Positions 60,601-64,000 of a stretch of DNA of 64,000 bases are shown here, piece after piece (positions within the stretch are counted from its first letter, which is position 1; each line of letters starts with the position of its first letter). A program made the translations under genes and the position numbers. Location of the stretch: positions 39,600,635-39,664,634 of the forward strand of contig NC_057718.1 of assembly GCF_004010195.1 (NCBI RefSeq). Direction: 5' to 3'. The notes below the pieces were generated by a model. It ran no database searches. It had not been told where the DNA came from and saw nothing but the letters and a program-made list of their open reading frames with translations. Source of the stretch: Chiloscyllium plagiosum (lineage: Eukaryota).

Positions 60601-62063
60601 ATAATGATTTCTAATGGAAATATAGAAGTTCTATTTTGCTCATGGTGTTGTGGCAATGTATATATAATTTGACATGCACCCACCAGCGCTGATTTACTTC
60701 CAATACTACTTGCTGTTCTATATTTCATGAAGTCAACAGTTTCTGCTTACATTTAAAAGGTTAGAATATTAAATCATTATTTTCCAGAAAGTCCAATTTC
60801 TAACTTTGCTTCTCGCTGGTCCTGTCATCAGTGCACAGGGAAATTCCTCCTGATGGAATTGCATTTCTTCTCTAAATGCCTTCACACCCAAATTTGTATC
60901 ACATACCTGGCATAACTGCAAGTCAGAATGGGGTCTAGTCAAAATAAAACTTGTACTGTTACAATCCAAGCTAACGTTATTACTAGACAAGAGAGATTCC
61001 ATACTGCAACCTAGCATGATAGATGATGTTTCGTTTTCTTTTGATTTGAACAGTTTTCACTTGCTGAACTATTAGCACATGATGCTGTAGATTTTAAAAA
61101 CAAAACAGAAGTTTATTAACATAAGAAATAAAGATAAAATAGGATAAACAAACTGTCTACTATTCAAATATTTTTAAATAGACAGTAAAAGTGCAATGTA
61201 ATTAATCCCAAAACATTCATTTATAAATTGAAAAGAGAAACAACAGTTTTTGTAAAGCATCCAAAACACAGTCCTGGTACAGTCTCCGAAAACACACCTT
61301 GTATAGTCCCCCAAAACATAACTCATACCAGCTTTGAGTAACCTCCTCTGCATTTTATCCCAATTTTTTAGCTCTGGGAGTATCACTATCTTTGCTTTCA
61401 CTGAATCTTCCCATTCTCGGGAGCACTAGTCTATACAAGCATCTACAAGCATAGGACTTCACAGGAAGTCAAAGTGAAAATAGAAAAAATCTCTCTCTAA
61501 ATTTAAAAAGCCCTTTCTGATATTCTAAACTGGAGTTTGTTTATCTTGTGCAGTTGTAAAACCCTACCAATGTGTATTAAAAAATTAAAGCTTATAAATT
61601 ATATAGTCTCAAAAATTCTTTTGAAATAAATCACAACAGGTAAGAAAAAAACTAAAGTCAGTTATGATCTTCAGACACACAGAAAGCCCACATTATTAAT
61701 AAAAAAAAACAAAACTTATAAAAAATTATAGTAAAGTCATACAGTCTACACTACATTAACTAACCATACAATTGGGCTGGCAGTGCACAATGACAGGAGC
61801 TCCACAAACCTTGTACTGAGTCTATGGATTAAAATCCTTATGTTTATACTACTTGTATCCATTAATTAATAACAATTGAATGGCTGGTTAATAAAAGGCC
61901 TGTAATTATTTATTACCCTTCTCCCTGCAGGGTGGAGCTGATTTAGATGAACTCTATGTGTTGATCTGTCAAGTGAGCACAGGACGTAATGTGGATGATT
62001 TTTGTTTCCCACCTCACTGCAGCCGTGGAGAGAGACGTGCACTGGAAAAACTTGCCAAAGAAG
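54434..62063 (+). CDS. Divergent cytosolic creatine-kinase-family (ATP:guanido phosphotransferase-like) gene, 3'-partial: join(54434-54626,59283-59437,61931-62063); continues beyond the window
   Basis: 160 aa colinear without gaps to CKB/CKM residues 1-160 ([41 protein letters not shown]). Exon sizes 193/155/133 and phases 1/0/1 match the cytosolic CK gene structure. Confidence 0.92.
55242..55429 (+). mobile_element. Penelope-like hairpin with a hammerhead motif (55323-55360)
   Basis: AGTT-CTGAGGA-A-GGGT-CACCCA-ACCT-GAAATGTT-AACT; flanks CTATTTACTT / CTATCTACTT. Confidence 0.65.
56235..56547 (-). mobile_element. HE1-type V-SINE
   Basis: Reverse complement of the SINE consensus, with full head ggcggcacggtggcacagtggttagc. 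Confidence 0.88.
56767..56988 (+). mobile_element. tRNA-derived SINE of another family
   Basis: A-box-like tagctcagttagc head; actttaccttta tail. Confidence 0.5.
59283..59437 (+). CDS. CK-like coding exon 2 ([18 protein letters not shown]...NLNPENLK)
   Basis: AG at 59281-82; GT at 59438; 155 nt. Confidence 0.93.
61931..62063 (+). CDS. CK-like coding exon 3 ([20 protein letters not shown]...[18 protein letters not shown])
   Basis: Strong polypyrimidine tract and CAG ending 61930; GT at 62064; 133 nt. Not in the ORF track. Confidence 0.93.
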
Positions 62064-62465
62064 GTGATTTATTTTGTTTGTTCATTATTGAAGAAATTAG
62101 AAATAACAGAACATTTACCTAAATCTCCAACATTATCCATATTTGAATCCTGCCAATGATACCAGAGGTCACATGATATCAACTTTACAAATGACTTCTG
62201 ATATGCCTGTGACAAAAGCAACCTTCTTTGTTTGTCTCAATGTATGCAGTCTTTGACAAGGTTGACCACAGCATTCTCCTTTGAGACCTCTCCCTGTTGT
62301 CCAGTGCATGAGACCATTCCCCTTCCGCCTCCACCCTCATCTCCCTAACATCCCCTGACATTTCACTTGTCTCAGATTATCTGTTGTTTAAACCCTCATT
62401 TGTGGCTTTTTAAAAGAAAATCTCTAGTGTGGACTATTCCAACGCATTCCTCTTGGTCTGCCACA

Positions 62466-62607
62466 TTTAGATTACTTACAGTGTGGAAACAGGCCCTTCG
62501 GCCCAACAAGTCCACACCGACCCGCCGAAGCGTAACCCACCCATACCCCTACATTTACCCCTTTACCTAACACTACGGGCAATTTAGCATGGCCAATTCA
62601 CCTGACT
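62466..62607 (-). mobile_element. HE1-type SINE 3' fragment
   Basis: Tail-side portion only. Confidence 0.75.
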
Positions 62608-62794
62608 TCTCATTCTCATTCAAGATCATCCAGCACTCTAATGCTTAACTCAATTAAGCTTCATTCACTTGTCCTACATTGACTCCTGGTAAAGCAGAAT
62701 TTTAAAATTCTCTTGCTCATTTTTAAATCCTTCTCTGATTTTTGCTCTCCTTAATGCTATCATCTCCTACTATCCCCACAACCCTCCAAGGTAT

Positions 62795-63255
62795 AGAGTC
62801 ATTGCGTCTTACAGCACAGGAACAGACCCTTTGGTCTAACCAATCCATGCCAACCATAATCCCAAACTAAACTAGTGTCACCTGCCTGACCCTGGCCTAT
62901 ATCCCTCCAAACATTTCTTGTTCATGTAACTGTACCCACATCCACCACTTCCTCTGGAAGTTCATTCCACACACAAACCACTGTCTGTGTAAAATAAATT
63001 GCCCATCATATCTTTGTAAAATCTTTCTCCTCTGACTTTAAAGATATGCTCTCTAATTTTGAAATCCCCCACAGGGAAAAAAAAACACCTGCCATTCACC
63101 TTATGACTTTATAAACCTAAACCGCCTATAGTCCAGTGAAAAAAAGTCCAAACCTATCCAGCCTCTCCTTATAACCCACACTTCCATTCTTGGCAACATC
63201 CTGGTAAATCTCTTCTGAACCCTCTCCAGCTTGATAATATCCTTCCTCTAACAGG
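62795..63255 (-). mobile_element. CR1 3' fragment
   Basis: Reverse-complement similarity to the other CR1 tails. Confidence 0.7.
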
Positions 63256-63941
63256 GCTGATATCTGTGCTCACATTTTGAGCATTACTGAGTTTAATCAT
63301 TCCACCATGGTTGACTGTGCTCTGGGCTCTGGAATTCCTTTTGTAAACATCTGATCTCTACTCATTGTCCTTTCCCTTTGACCAAGCCTTTGATCACCTG
63401 ACTGCATATATTCTTATGTCACGTCATTGTTTATGCCTTGATGCTCCTTTGCTGTGTTTTATTAAATTAAAGGTGCTATATAAATGCCATAAATCCCATT
63501 TCTCTGGCTCAATAATACGTTTGTTGCATATATATTGACATTAATGTCAACCCACCTTTTCAGCCATGGCATTACTCACATTACCAGTCAGTCTCAATTT
63601 TGCTCCCATCAAAGTTTTGTTTTATTTACTGATACCTTATGACTGGTCGCAAGGGATCAAGCAGGTAATATGAGCTCTGTTGTGAATATGAAACAACACA
63701 TCGACTTTTTGCATTGGATGCTTACAAAATTTCAAAACAACACACCCACTCTTACTTTTATATTTGGTGCATAAGTCAACAATGGTTTTTAGAGGGATTT
63801 TTTCAATGTTTTAAATGTTGATTCAGACACCAATGTCTACGGTATAATCTGGTGTTTCGTTTCAGCTTTAGCATTCGCTAAACTATTGAGTGAATTGAGT
63901 TTTATCACCATCTAGTGGTAATCTAGTGATACAACATTAGG

Positions 63942-64000
63942 TAAAAACAATGACTGCAGATGCTGGAAACCAGATTCTGGATTAGTGGTGCTGGAAGAGC
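63942..64000 (-). mobile_element. Penelope-like terminus truncated by the window edge
   Basis: Nearly identical to 19309-19367. Confidence 0.65.

Noticed and set aside
61000..61680. Second possible solo LTR
   Set aside because: Composition is LTR-like, but no convincing TG...CA ends with a TSD were found.
63564..63664. Possible fourth CK-like exon (cag|CC ATG GCA...YDWSQGIKQ|gtaat)
   Set aside because: About 101 nt rather than the expected about 172 nt, with no GKYYPL or FLFDKP-like motifs; the DW..GI resemblance is probably chance.
1..64000. CRISPR arrays, operons or other prokaryotic systems
   Set aside because: Eukaryotic intron-exon DNA with no regularly spaced repeat-spacer structure.

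Overview
Vertebrate genomic DNA, almost certainly from a shark (HE1-type V-SINEs with (TCTAA)n tails, HER1/CR1 LINEs). There are two intron-containing genes on the + strand. (1) A complete TRAF5 coding sequence: 10 GT-AG coding exons at 8393-41132, 1689 nt, 562 aa, with RING, zinc fingers, coiled coil and MATH domain. (2) The first three coding exons (54434-62063; 193/155/133 nt, the CKB/CKM exon pattern) of a divergent creatine-kinase-family gene that runs off the window. Its reading frame is intact, but it has lost the nucleotide-binding Arg130 and Arg132, has a rewritten substrate loop, and carries Tyr96, the arginine-kinase-type residue. It is therefore a candidate pseudo-enzyme or new-specificity phosphagen kinase, and possibly a lost CKB ohnolog. 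The rest is dense, nested transposon debris: CR1 LINEs, SINEs, PIF/Harbinger remnants, a solo LTR and many Penelope-like terminal repeats. The Penelope-like repeats carry minimal type-I hammerhead ribozyme motifs, one copy with a fully intact core, and often have 10-15 bp target-site duplications. Most short ORFs in the track are repeat-derived or spurious. Family names and reference residues are from recognition and memory, not database searches. Repeat boundaries are approximate unless TSDs are given.
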